Below, piece after piece: positions 28,845 through 42,892 of a DNA stretch of 64,000 bases (the first letter of the stretch is position 1; every line of letters begins with the position of its first letter). The DNA is from Octopus sinensis. Its lineage: Eukaryota. The notes under the pieces were generated by a model, which searched no databases, was not told where the DNA came from, and saw only the letters and a list, made by a program, of their open reading frames with translations. Made by a program: the position numbers and the translations under genes. The stretch spans positions 59,768,001 through 59,832,000 of the forward strand of contig NC_043005.1 in the NCBI RefSeq assembly GCF_006345805.1, read 5' to 3'.

Positions 28845-29260
28845 TTATGAAATATATTCATAAACACCAACTCAAGGTATACTGCTGGAATATGCCCACC
28901 AAAACGTCTGTCAAATGTACGTATAACAGACCAGATATTGTCGTTTGGTACAGAGAGGCTAAGGTATGTACCATCATAGAGGTCAGCTGCCCTACAGATA
29001 TAAGTATCTCTTTGAAAATCAAAGAAAAAGAGGATATCTATGGACAACTACTTCGAAACCTCCAGCTTCTATATCCTGACTATGAATTCATATCCATACC
29101 AATAATAATTGTAGAACGTGGTTTTATTAGCAAGTACTTAAAGGAGAATCTAGATGAACTGAGATTTTCAGAAATCAACCGGCTAATTCGTACATTACAA
29201 GTGCAACCTGTGAGTGGAACAGTAAAAATATGCAATACTTCTCTCAGTTTCCAAATGTGA
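28845..29260 (+). mobile_element. RLE endonuclease domain of a non-LTR retrotransposon (R4/Dong/CRE-like)
   Basis: ORF contains WN...KCTYNRPDIVVWYREAKVCTIIEVSCPTD...KEKEDIYG.L.RNLQLLYPDYEF..IPIII...SGTVKIC (RPD..E..K RLE signature). Confidence 0.8.
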
Positions 29261-29429
29261 ATTTGTGTATGTTAACTACATCCCAAAGATGGAGCCTCGT
29301 CTCTTTGTTGGAAACCGGCTCCCTCCTTAGTGGAAGATTTATGATAATCAAAAAAATAGAAAACACATATATATACACACACACACACTCAAACATATAC
29401 ATTATGTATAATACATATGTATATATATA

Positions 29430-29750
29430 CAGGATTGGCCAAAAGTCACTCGACAGTAAATCAAAATTACATAAATACTATCAGTAATTCTGCATAGACT
29501 CGAATGGAAAAATGTCTTTCAAGAAGGATTTCAATTTGAACAGTATTCATATTGTTTCGTCTTTAGATACATTTATGTGTGTGTTTTAACCATATCAAAA
29601 TGTAGATTACTCCTTCAGAGTAAATAAGATTGTTGCATTATTTCCTCAGCAGAGTTGTAAAAAATACAAACAACTCTTTTCAACGCTGGATCGTTTATGT
29701 CGCTCGGTGAACGAGAAATCGCAACGAATTTCTCTTTTAAACCACACCCC
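29430..29750 (+). mobile_element. Possible Tc1-like 5' remnant
   Basis: TA|caggattggccaaaagt resembles a Tc1 TIR start; no partner TIR or clear transposase was seen. Confidence 0.3.
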
Positions 29751-30029
29751 ATTGCCTTATGTAATGAAAATACATGTTACACTTAGATAGAACGAGACAG
29801 TATATTCGAGGCTGGGATGCCTTTGAAGTCATGTATAAGTGAATAAGATTGACATGGAAATAAATATAAAAAAACAAAACCAATCTATGTAAATCACGTT
29901 AACTGGATGAAATATGTAACTGAATTGTAAGTAATAATGAAATGCAACAGCTTACCTTTAAGGATTGTTGCAGCATTTTAAAACTAATTTTTTCTTTTCC
30001 AGCTGGTTTGGACTTGATTGAAAACTTAC

Positions 30030-30103
30030 CGTGCCTACAGATTTGTGAAATGTGTTCTTTTGTTTAGCAATTTGCTGAACATGAAGCATACTGACAGCGT
30101 CTT
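30030..30103 (-). CDS. Candidate isolated internal exon (74 nt) of an unknown gene
   Basis: Pyrimidine-rich tract and cag| acceptor, CG|GTAAGT donor, one open frame (E)DAVSMLHVQQIAKQKNTFHKSVGT. No recognisable homology and no linked exons found. Confidence 0.2.
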
Positions 30104-30684
30104 CTGTGGTATTATAGAAAATCCACAAATCAAATAGAAATGATACTCAAATATTCGATATTTTTGAACACCCGCAGTATTACTTTCTACGCGCTGAAGA
30201 AGATGATAACGGTGATATCGCCGTTTACCTAAATCAATAGTAGTGAATCAAAATCGAAACACATAAACCATTTTCGTTGCCTGTTCACGTAGATTAGCAT
30301 GAATTCTCATGTGTATAAAGGATGAATAAATCACTCAAACCTGTTAGCTTTTACAGTGTTTGGCGAAATGCAGTTAGTCAAATCAAATAGAAAACTCATA
30401 AAAATGTTATTATTGCATGAATTTGGTTGGAATTTACAGATATGATATTCGATCTTTGGTGTACATTGTTAATGTGGGTTTACATGTTGAATTTTACTTG
30501 TCATCATGTGCTTTCACTTGCCAAGTTAGGTTGAACACAATGAAGTGGGATATATGTCCTTTCACGTCCTTTCACTTATATTTAATTGTTATTGATTGCC
30601 GGGCATTGATTTTTATAATTGAATCATAAAAAGGTACAAAAGTAATAAATAATTATTTCTAATTTTGTTACTCTAACAATTTGG

Positions 30685-30832
30685 CTGGTATTTTATTTCG
30701 TCGAACTGAAAAGGATGATAGATAAAAATTGGTCTCTGCGCGATTTGAATTCAGAAGGTAAAAAAAAAGTCAGAAAAAATTGCTGCTAAGTATTTTCTCC
30801 TACGATGTAACGGTTCTGCCAGCGCATTGCCT
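30685..30832 (-). mobile_element. Degenerate SINE (family S4)
   Basis: gaaaaggatga, gatttgaattcagaa, gctaagtattt and ggttctgccagc match the 43330-43450 copy. Confidence 0.6.
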
Positions 30833-31092
30833 TTACATTGCTGATAAATGATATCACTTAAGCGACACTAATTCAAATACGGTTTCGTGTGACGCAGGAT
30901 TTACGAAAGCGCGATTATTTGCGTTAAAAGAATTTAAAAGTAAGCAAATTTGACTTTGCCCTCAAAGTAAAACAAATTTCCATACTTATCATTCACATAT
31001 CTCTCCGCCATTGTTTTACCCACATCGTGCCTATAGACTCAGATTCTGCGTAAACAGGTACCGAGTTGCAAACCGACCGACTTTTACTTTGT

Positions 31093-32034
31093 TCACCTTT
31101 GCTCCTGCCACCGCCCCGTAGATCTTAATGGACACGTCCACCACTGGAAGCTGGCCCACATCCGCCACGATGATGTAGATGTCATCTGAATATACCCTAG
31201 CTCCTCTTCCACACCATGGATCATGCGGTGTGACTCCAATTTCCGCATCAATGGCTCAAGAGCCAACACATACAAAAGCGGGGACAGGAGATACCCTTCA
31301 CGCACTGAACGCTCGATCCTGAATGCCTTCGAAAAGAAACCATTCACTCTAACGACAGACTCGATGTCGCTGTACAAAGCAGCAATCCAACCGCGAAAGG
31401 TCGGGCCCAGGCCAACCTTCTCGAGGACGCCGTCAAGTACCGATGGTCGATCCCTATCAAATGCTTTAGATTAGTCTAAATCTACCAGTGCCCCTATTGT
31501 GCCAGAAATCTACCCTACCCTTTCTAAGGTGTAGCGTAGAAGTTGAAGTTGGTCGTGGACCGACCTGTGCGGGATTGCGCAAGTTTGCACCCTCCCCACA
31601 AGTCTGTCCACGACCCGCGCCAACCGTTTTGCTAACACCTTGGCCAACATTTTTAACTCTGTGTTTAGCAGAGTTATGGGCCAAGTTGATAATCTTGTCC
31701 CCCTTGCTCAGGTCTTTTCTGATCAGAGTTACCAACCCTCGGCTTGCAGACTTGGGAATTCATATGGCAGACCATCGAGATCCGGCGACTTCTCCCCGGG
31801 GCATGCGCCTAACACCTCGAGCACCTCCTTGGCTGTGATTGACTCTTCACAGCATTCAGATTCTTGTGCCGAGAGACGCGGGCCACCAGCCAGGAAGTCC
31901 CTAAGACCCTCACCATGATCCAGCTTTCCGGTCTTCCCGAACAACTCGGCAAAGTGCTTGTAAAGCGCTTCAGACATTCTCGTCCCGTCCGTAGACCCAT
32001 TGTCGTCAATCAGAGGCTTAATTGTGGCATCATT
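31093..32034 (-). mobile_element. Tx1/L1-clade LINE ORF2 fragment (linker plus RT)
   Basis: EESITAKEVLEVLGACPGEKSPDLDGLPYEF, VTLIRKDLSKGDKI and MYSDIESVVRVNGFFSKAFRIERSVREGYLLSPLLYVLALEPLMRKLE correspond to RT domains 0-4 with frameshifts. Confidence 0.9.
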
Positions 32035-32104
32035 ACGACGCTGGGTTCGAACCCACCATCTAGCAATTTTGTGCGCAACGGCTCAACCACTACGTCACGC
32101 GCCT
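32035..32104 (-). mobile_element. Isolated tRNA-like SINE head (related to family S3)
   Basis: ggcgcgtgacgtagtggttgagc (A box) ... gggttcgaaccc (B box); resembles the head at 55138; stems are too poor for a real tRNA. Confidence 0.65.
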
Positions 32105-33750
<1,646 letters not shown>

Positions 33751-34123
33751 TATAAGTTGTATGTATGTACTTTTACGTATACTTATAAAATAAGTGTAAA
33801 AATGAACATACATAACCGTATAATAACATGTAGTGATGCATTCATACATACATAAATACATATCTATATATCTATCTAGCTATCTATCTGTCTCCATAAA
33901 TTCTTAATTTAATTTTATTTTTTATGGGAGCAACTGTCTTTGAAGACTTATATTGTTATTGAATGCTCAAAATGGGGAGTAGATAGACAGTCGAGAAATG
34001 ATGAAGGGTCCTTTCTCTGTTTTAGCTTGTTCTGTTTTCCATTGTTTCTTTTTCATTGCTTACATATTTCATTTTATTTGGACCGTTCGTGCCGTCCTGT
34101 ACACATACATGTATGTATATATA

Positions 34124-34778
34124 CAGGGTGAGGTAGAAAGGACAGGCGTTTTTGAAATAGCTATTACTTAGCCCCAGCGGAAGGGACATATGTCGGACAG
34201 GTACCATTCGGTCTGTGGTTTCTTAGCATTTTTATCGTTTTAGGTGAAGTCTGGCACTATAACCGATATTTCCTTACGTATTTGCCTACCACAGTTACTT
34301 GAAGAATATCGAGTCTGTCACAGCAGTTCAGCGTGAGTTTCGACGCCACTTCAAAGTGGAACGCGTCAGGAAAGCTTTGATACCGAGTCCGAATCGCTCT
34401 GCTCGGAAGCATCCTGCTGAACTTGATATCGGTAATCGATCGATTCGGCATATTTTGCATGAGGGCCTGCATTTCTACCTCTATACATTGGTAATTGAGC
34501 AACATTTGAAGCTATGGGACTACGCACAGCGGCTTAACTTCGCACGTCATGTTGAAACGATTTTTGAGGCAATTCACAATCTCATGTTGTTAATAAGCGA
34601 TTAAACTTAGGCGCAGGAGTGGCTGCGTGGTAAGTAGCGTGTTTACCAACCACATGGTTCCGGGTTCAGTCCCACTGCGTGGCAACTTGGGCAAGTGTCT
34701 TCTACTATAGCCTCGGGCCGACCAAAGCCTTCTGAGTGGATTTGGTAGACGGAAACTGAAAGAAGCCTATCGTATATA

Positions 34779-34833
<55 letters not shown>

Positions 34834-35796
34834 GTGTGTTTGTATGTCTGTGTTTGTCTCCCTAGCATTGCTTGACAACCGATGCTGGTGCGTTGATGAC
34901 CCCGTCACCTGGCGGTTCGGCAAAAGAGACCGATAGAATAAGTACTGGGCTTACAAAGAATAAGTCCCGGGGTCGAGTTGCTCGATTAAAGGCGGTGCTC
35001 CAGCATGGCCACAGTCAACTGACTGAAACAAGTAAAAGAGTAAACTCATATTCATCTCAATGGCATGGTGAAGCAACATATTATTGGGCACTTGAAAATC
35101 CAAGAGAACTGCACTAAAGACCACTGCAAAGCCAAAAATGACGGACTGAATGTGCTGTTGGAAAAGATGCCGTCATTGGTCCTTACTTTTTTTGAAGACA
35201 ATAATGGAAATCCTCTACTGTGGACTCCGAGCGTTACATTGAGATGATAAACAACTTCTTTGTGCTTGAAATGTTACAAAAACGTATGCATATTCGACGC
35301 GTGTGGTTTCACCAAGGTCGGGCGACGGCACACAGAGGCAGAGCATCAATGGACGCTCTTCGTCCTCACTTTAGTGACCGCCTCATTTTCAGGTTTCTGA
35401 CGTTCCTTGACACTCTCAGTTCCCTGATTTGTACATGTGCGATACTTTCTTGTGCGGAGACCTGAAGGCACGTGCGTATGTGAATAAGCCCCGCTCATTG
35501 GACGATTATTAAGGAACTATTCACGTGGAAGTAACCTAAATCGGCAGAGCAATGCCGGAGAGCGTGGAGACCAACTTCGAAGAACGTCTTCAGAAATACT
35601 TGAAAGAAAACAGACACCACATGATGGATGTTATTTTCCTAACTTGATTTTGACAAATGTTAATTCAATACGAACACATTGATGTCAATAAAATTTGTTT
35701 GCAGCTGAAATTAATGATTTGTGAATTTTCCAAAAACATCTGCTGTCTTTTCTGTTTGTGAATTTTCCAAAAACATCTGTCTTTTCTGTCGCACCA
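34124..35796 (+). mobile_element. Tc1/mariner element (DD41D/rosa-like), both ends present, interrupted by a SINE
   Basis: 5' TA|cagggtgaggtagaaaggacaggcgtttttgaaa and a degenerate complement at 35765-35796. Motifs SVTAVQREFRRHF, LISD|..HIHLNG, YWALENPRELH, VIGPYFFEDNNGNP and WFHQGRATAH. The class is inferred from family resemblance. Confidence 0.85.
34610..35040 (+). mobile_element. Full-length SINE (family S1)
   Basis: Head ggcgcaggagtggctgcgtggtaag, B-box-like ggttcagtccc, internal (TA)n, 3' end gaaacaagtaaaagag; flanked by a taaact(t/c)a duplication. Confidence 0.9.
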
Positions 35797-35804
35797 TATA
35801 TATA

Positions 35805-35892
<88 letters not shown>

Positions 35893-35921
35893 TATATATG
35901 TATGTATCTATAATCTATGTA

Positions 35922-36086
35922 TACGACGGCTTCTTCGTTCTGTCTACCAAATCCACTCACAACGCTTTGGTAGAGTCAGGTTTACAAGAGACGTCAGTTG
36001 CCCAAGGTGCCAAGCAGTGGAACAGAAACCAGAGCCATCTGGTTGGGAAGAAGCAAGCTTCTCACCACACAGTTATGCCTGCGCCC
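35922..36086 (-). mobile_element. 5' half of a SINE (family S1)
   Basis: Reverse-complement match to 34610-34772. Confidence 0.75.
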
Positions 36087-36263
36087 ATATATCCACAGAC
36101 ACATACACACTCACACACACACATATATATACACATACACACTCATGTATGTGTATGTATATATAGAGATTATATATTACATTTATATGAAATTATATAT
36201 ATATTATATATACATATATACACACATACACACATATATATATATATATGTATGTATATATAG

Positions 36264-36297
<34 letters not shown>

Positions 36298-36924
36298 TAT
36301 TCACATATCTATATATGTATGTATAATATACATACTTACATACAAACACGTATACATTATACGATTGCTACAGTAACTAAAGGAGATAAATCTAACCGAA
36401 TAAGTCTTTGTACGTGACGATTCGGCATTTTATTTATCTTAAATATCACGTGTTGTACTTCAGCAAAATTAAATGTTTTCTAAATTAGTTACTTATATCT
36501 GTTCAAATATCTTATTTGTGATGCAAATTTTGCAATTGATATTTTTTTTTTACTTTCAAAAAGAAATATTACTAATCAAAACATTCAGTAAAAAATATAG
36601 TTTAAACCGTAACATTATACTTTATTCTTTCTAAAAAAATTTTTTATCTTTAATTCATATAAATAAAATATTACATGGAGATCTTTTCGAAATCGCTGAT
36701 TGCTCTATAATTTATATTACTGTAGTTGCATGACAGTTTAATGTAAGTTTAGCAAATAGTTAAAATTTCCTGAAATGATGAAAGTAGATAGTTAAACAAG
36801 AAAAAAAATATAACGCTTGTTTTTTAAATGAACACACGAAATATGGTATAGGCAAATTATATTTGTCTGAGAATACATTGAAAGGTAGATCCACTGAAAG
36901 TGTGTGTTATCACATGACGAAGAA

Positions 36925-37317
36925 TCTCTCTATATATAAATCTGAAGTTGTCTGTGTATGGCAGATTTAGTAGCCTTCAACTAACACTATCTCCTCCGAG
37001 ACCCTGCGGCACAAGTTAAGCAAAATTAAGAGTATCATAGAAGAAGGTTTGCTCTCGCTTCCGTAGAAGAAAAAATTCAAATTAGACGATGTTAACACCA
37101 AAAATTATTTACATCAAAAAGGTGTTTTTTTTTCTATGAAAATCCCTATTTTATACGATTTTTTGACTGCTGTGTCGCCATTTTTCGGTGTATTTCAACC
37201 AGAAAAATGTTCACTTAAAGCGAATAACAAGCTACATAATGGAAAAGTTTTACTTTTCAAAAGTTTCAATTCTAAAGGGTCGAAACAAACCCGAGCAACG
37301 CCGGGCGATACTGCTAG
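36925..37317 (+). mobile_element. Non-autonomous Helitron (393 bp)
   Basis: A|TC 5' end, subterminal hairpin cccgagcaacgccggg, CTAG|T 3' end, no TSD. Confidence 0.8.
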
Positions 37318-37419
37318 TAATAGGATAACGTCAGAGAATTAAAATATTTTGTTTTAAGGATTGAAAGAAATACAAGACAGGTGTATGAAATAAATATTTC
37401 TAAAAATCGAATTATGAGA

Positions 37420-37565
37420 AAGCAAGCTGAGACCCCTTCGGTCATGAATGACCATGGGATTGCACCTATAAAGTTATCCTCCCAGACACAAGTCCGGCAA
37501 GGTTGTTTATGGAAGACCAGCAGTCGCCCATGCATACCGGCCTCCCATCTCCACGTTACGGCACC
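37420..37565 (-). mobile_element. 3' part of a SINE (family S3)
   Basis: ggaagaccagcagtcgcccatgcataccggcctccc is the reverse complement of ~55350-55385. Confidence 0.8.
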
Positions 37566-37939
37566 AATAACTTCAGATCATACATATGTGGTTGTTCTTT
37601 ATTTCCAACAAAATAAAGAACGTTTACTGAATTCTTCTAATAATAAATGGAAACTGTAATAATGATAATAAAATCGTAATGGTTGTGATGGTGATAATGA
37701 TAAAAATAAAAATAGTAATAATATGCTGCAGCTCCTAATACTAAATACTACTAATACTACAATAATACTCCAACTACTACTATTATGATAGCGCAGGACC
37801 CTGAGGCCCAACTACCACCCTTACCACTAACCTACTCTGCTACTGCTGCTGTTGCTGGAACCACTTCAGCTAATACACATAAAAACAATAATATCAGCGA
37901 TATCAGTGATGATAATCATAATAATAACGAAAGTAAACG

Positions 37940-38410
37940 GGTGGAGCCTCCCCATGGCTCGATTAATGATACATCTAGGGATGTTATCACAATAAAAACA
38001 CTGGTAATTGCGTATCCTGATAATCGGTACCTCATATGAGTGGAAATGAAAAGCAAAATATTGTGAATGACGGTGTTAACGAAACTGATGGTGACAGCGT
38101 TAGAGCCGGTAGGCTCTGAGATTCTCGTCCAACTCCAGCCTGTCGATATCCAGAAATGGACCACCACACACGGCGTAGATGTAGATGGAGCAAGCAAATT
38201 AATACTATGGCCATGGAGTATTACTATCTGAGCAACATGGTAGATGAAAAGGGTGCTCAAATTAGGGGTTATCAACAACGTATGTATGGTCGTTGGAAAG
38301 AAACGGGATTGTTTCAACTCGTGGAACAGAGATTATGTGATCAAGCTAGAGCAATAAGAAAAAATTGTTGGTTCACAGAAGTAGAGCTCGAAGCTCTCAA
38401 AGACGGGTCA
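37940..38410 (+). mobile_element. 5' end of an R4/Dong-like LINE (N-terminal domain)
   Basis: RRCRWSKQINTMAMEYYYLS...RGYQQRMYGRWKETGLF..VEQRLCDQARAIRKNCWFTEVELEAL matches the recalled R4/Dong N-terminal motif; preceded by AAT/ACT-type repeats. Confidence 0.65.
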
Positions 38411-38564
38411 TAGACAATAGCAGCAGAGATAACAATGAAAATACAGTTCTAACAAATATAAGTAATCTCCTAGCACTGCAGTTTTCTCTGTTTCGACAGA
38501 CAAAAAATCATATCCAGTGAATATTTAAAACGTCATATCAACAGTTTTCAGTGAAAAAATTTTG

Positions 38565-39390
38565 CATTTCCGTTCCTTTCTCCCTGAATATTCGAAAATG
38601 TAAACATTCTTTTTATTGTCAAATGAAAACACCACGGACATACAAAACGAACACTTCAAAAAATTTAGAAACTTTAATATCTCCAATTTTGTGCGAATAT
38701 ATTGTCTTCCCTTCTTCCCTGACTAACAAAATATGCAAACATGCCTTTTATTGCAACAACACAATTAAATGCACGATAAAACATTAAGGAAGTAAGCAAC
38801 TGCCAATATATACCTACTGCACAACTACAAAAACTGTAAACCACAGCAAAAAAAGAAATTCAGAAATTAAAAAATCCAACAAGGTGAACCTGCTCTTCCT
38901 CCTACTATTCTCAAAGACTGGAATATCTATAATTTCCTTTTAATATTTTAAATCTCCCTCAAAATAAAATAAGTTAGGATACTTACAAACCTACAGCTTT
39001 CGAACACACGAACGATCAGCTTAAAGTAAAACACCTTTAATATCTACAACTACTATGTGAAAACCTATCCTTTCCTTTCTCACTGAGTATTCGAAAATGT
39101 ATAAGAACACTGCCGTTTCTCTCCGTACCGTTATAAAAAAGACCATAATTAGTAAATCTTGAAATTTATTATCTACAATTTGTTTTCTTTTATTTTTGAC
39201 TCTCCCTGAGTAATGGAAATTGTACACATTCTTTTCATTGCAAAAGTCATACTGTATTATCCAACTGGGCAGACAAACGAACATCTTAAGAAAATGTTAA
39301 AACTTTAATATATTACGCAAATACGTAAACAAATTTTATTGCAACAACACAATTGAAATCAGAAATTCAAAAGTTTACCGACGTGAAAGT
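38565..39390 (+). repeat. Diverged local direct duplication
   Basis: Blocks tttctc.ctga.tattcgaaaatgta, caaacgaaca...aaactttaatat, ttttattgcaacaacacaatt and cagaaatt.aaaa recur in the same order about 500-600 bp apart. Confidence 0.7.
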
Positions 39391-39397
39391 CAGTAGA

Positions 39398-39451
<54 letters not shown>

Positions 39452-39721
39452 TGTGTGTGTGCGTGCGCGTGTATTATTATTAATGTTTTTCTACCAGTAA
39501 TTACAAATAGAGGAGTTTGAATATTGCTTCTTTTGAAGGCACCGCTTTTGACGTCTGCTGACCAAAAGAATGTGAAGATTCTTTTTTTCTATGGCTGATC
39601 TCCTCAACATCTGCCGAATCTGTGTATAGATTCGTAGAATATGATCTATTCACCAAACTGCTACCCAATTATTTCCTCCAATCATGGTAGTGATAGTGAT
39701 AGTGATAATACTCTCTCTTTT

Positions 39722-40119
39722 ACTCTTTTACTTGTTTCAGTCATTTGACTGCGGCCATGCTGGGGCACCACCTTTTGTCGAGTAAATCGACCCCAGGACT
39801 TATTCTTTGTAAGCCTAGTACGTATTCTATCGGTCTCTTTTGCCGAACCGCTAAGTTACGGGGTCGTAAACACACCACTATCGGTTGTCAAACGATGTTG
39901 GAGGGACAAACACAGACACACAAATTCACACACACATACATATATATACATATATACGACGGGCTTCTTTCAGTTTCCGTCTACCAAATCCACTCACAAG
40001 ACTTTGGTCGGCCCGAGGCTATAGTAGAAGACACTTGCCCAAGGTGTCACGCAGTGGGACTGAACCCGGAACCATGTGGTTGGTTAGCAAGTTACTTACT
40101 ACACAGCCACTCCTGCGCC
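39722..40119 (-). mobile_element. Full-length SINE (family S1)
   Basis: Reverse-complement match along 34610-35040; the first 29 bp of the head are tandemly duplicated (40094-40151). Confidence 0.9.
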
Positions 40120-40157
40120 TATACTTACCACACAGCTACTCCTGCGCCTATGATGAA

Positions 40158-40188
40158 AATAATAATAATAATAATAATAATAATAATT

Positions 40189-40249
<61 letters not shown>

Positions 40250-40290
40250 CGCTGCAACTGCTAATACTAAATACTACTACTACAACTATT
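40158..40290. repeat. (AAT)n/(GAT)n/(ACT)n microsatellite
   Basis: Directly visible. Confidence 0.95.
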
Positions 40291-41430
40291 AATATTATGA
40301 GACCACACACACAGAAACACAAAAGCGTGTGTGTGTTTATATTGCTCTGGAGGAACAGACTGCAAGGTTTAGTGAAAACGGTGCGTTTACAGTTTTTCTT
40401 CAACTGATAATTCGATAGCTGCAGAAATAACAGCAATATGGGAAAATCCCAGAAGTTGTAACTTTGCCGAAGGTGAACTGTAGATTCTCGAGTGTATCTG
40501 GTAGCCATTAGTGTTAGCTGCTGGGCTCAATGTGAGTGGTGATGAGAATACAGGTGAGCCATTGGTGAGGTTTTGGTTTAATATAGCATTAAACCAGATA
40601 TAACTGACATAACCTTAGACTGCCTGCAGGTCTGTGGGTCACTAAAGGTAAATGTGTGTTTTCTTGCAGGGAGAGAACAAGATAACCTTTCTTTGAGTGT
40701 AAATGTTTCTGATATAGAATATTCAATAATATATTCATTAGAATATTACCTGCATAAGGTTAAAAGCGTGATTAACTAAGAAAATAATTTTGAATTCACA
40801 GTAGTTATATATAATCTATTTTGGCGTTGGAAGTATGTTCTTTCTATCTTATATTTACGTTCCTACTGACCTAACGACCCTTAACGTATCGATTTCTCAC
40901 GGAAATTATACCTGGCTATATCGCACGAGCTCGGTGGGCGAAAAATATTCTGATTTAGTTTAGGAATCCACGAATACTTAGGTTTTCTAGAGGTTCCTTT
41001 TAATCTTTAGAGTCACTCTAAAATGAAAATTGATAACGACTTTATAGCAATAGCATATTTCTCCCAATTATTTCTGCTATCCCCTGCACTTAACATATAC
41101 ATAAAATGTACATAAAATAAGACTGTCAAAATTCTTACAATTCAATTCGTTTCATATTCTAGTAGTGGCAACATCTTGAATAAAGCTGCATGGATACATT
41201 TAAGACACATGAAATGTTAATGTATGTGAACCAACAGGATGTAAATAGATACCGCATCGTAGGATATCTATGGAGCAGAAACATGTCTGACAGAGGTTTA
41301 AAGAGAATATACTGTGTAAAAGACTCATAAAAATGTATAAATGTATAATTCTTCAAATTACTCTAATATCTTATATACATACATTCATATATGTATGTAT
41401 ATATATATATAATATATATATATATATATA

Positions 41431-42520
41431 CACGAGGGCTGATCAATAAGTATCCAGACTCTTACTATAACGACGAAGCTAAAGCTCGCAGAGTAAAGTC
41501 GCTTGGTACGGACTGACCTTGAACTCTGCTGTGTATGCGAATTAAGTTTTAACGTTCTAGCTCACTTCCACTGTTTAGAGCATTGCTTGGAAGGAACGTA
41601 TATAGCGTGTGATCGTCGCATTGACACTTGACAGAGATATCGCCAAGCTTTTGGCGATATCTGCTCAGAGGCTTATGCAATAATTTCAAAGGGTCTTCAT
41701 CGTTCTCGATACAATCAAGATGAACTTGTGCAACTGAAACCCGAGTGTCGTTTTGGTCAGCTGAAAACTTGGTAGACAGACATACGTTTCATACCCAAAT
41801 CTTCAGTGATAACGCACTGAACTGAACCGTAAATAATCTGCACATCCTCTGATAACTCGCGGATGGGGGATTCGAGGGCTTTTCCTCAAAGCTGCACACA
41901 CATATACTATGATTTTCTCTGTTTTACTGTTAGCGGTATTCCCAAAATGTATGTCAATATCGACATTTTTTCAGCCATCTTGGATGAGTCAGGCACGCTC
42001 AGGTAGGCCATCCACAAGCCGAAGTGAGGAATAAATTGAGAAGATTGGGCAAATAGAAATGAAACATTGTCTTGTAACAATCTAGCAAATTGCTCACGAA
42101 GTGGGAATTAAAACAGGATCTGTGCACTCCTTTTTAAGAGAGGATTTGTGCATGCGGAGAGTGTCGGCAAAAATTCGACCTCAAAGTATTCGTAGAGCGG
42201 CAGAAACACCTCGGCATGGAAATCGCTCAGGAAATGCAGAGCTGTGCAACCACGACCCAGACCTCATAAAGGCCATCATCACTGGTAATGGTCCCTGCTC
42301 TATGTGTTCGGTCATCTTACGTGGTAATGAAAATCCGACGAGCGCGCACTATACATATGTATACTAGGCATAACGGCCGGAAACTGATGTAACCGCCAGA
42401 AAATGTTCATGTATGCGGAAGAAAGGTGGTGTCAGCTCCCATTTACATGATTTTTTCCACGCGGCATTAGTTTTGGCAGAAAAAAATAAAGTTTGATAAT
42501 ATTTGAAAGTGCCTCCTACG
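41431..42520. mobile_element. Rearranged mosaic of two mariner elements
   Basis: Four segments: 5' end on + (41431-~41695); HTH body on - (IRELSEDVQIIYGSVQCVITEDLGMKR, ~41695-41955); HTH body on + (RSGRPSTS..IAHEVGIKTGSVHSFLREDLCMRRVSAK..IITG, ~41960-42295); 5' end on - with MTEHIEQ start (~42295-42520). Confidence 0.75.
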
Positions 42521-42892
42521 GATACATATACACACGCAAACACACATATGATTGTATGTATGTATGTATGTTCGTGCATGTGTGTGTGTTTGTGTGTGTA
42601 TGAGTGAGTGTGTGCGTTGGTGTTGATATACTACATTGTGCAAAACTACAGTTCCCTATATAGACCACGTTGGTGTTTAACACAGAAAAGAAATGTGGCA
42701 CTGAACTACGCTGTTTACGATATATACATATATATATCTTTTTCAATGTCGTTCAAGTAGTGAATATCTCATAGATGCCAAATGAAGTAATTGAACTTCT
42801 TCCGTTAAAGCATTTGACGTAAGACAAATCAACGAATGTTTAACAATTTGTTATGATTAAAAATTTCAAATAATAGTAATAATTAATACTAT

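Noticed and set aside
32035-32104. Possible tRNA gene (also the heads at 17499, 55138 and 58430)
   Set aside because: Acceptor, anticodon and T stems do not pair properly; these are SINE heads.
40330-40680. Several splice-like signals on + and weak CR1 endonuclease-like words on -
   Set aside because: The two readings conflict and neither gives a recognisable peptide.
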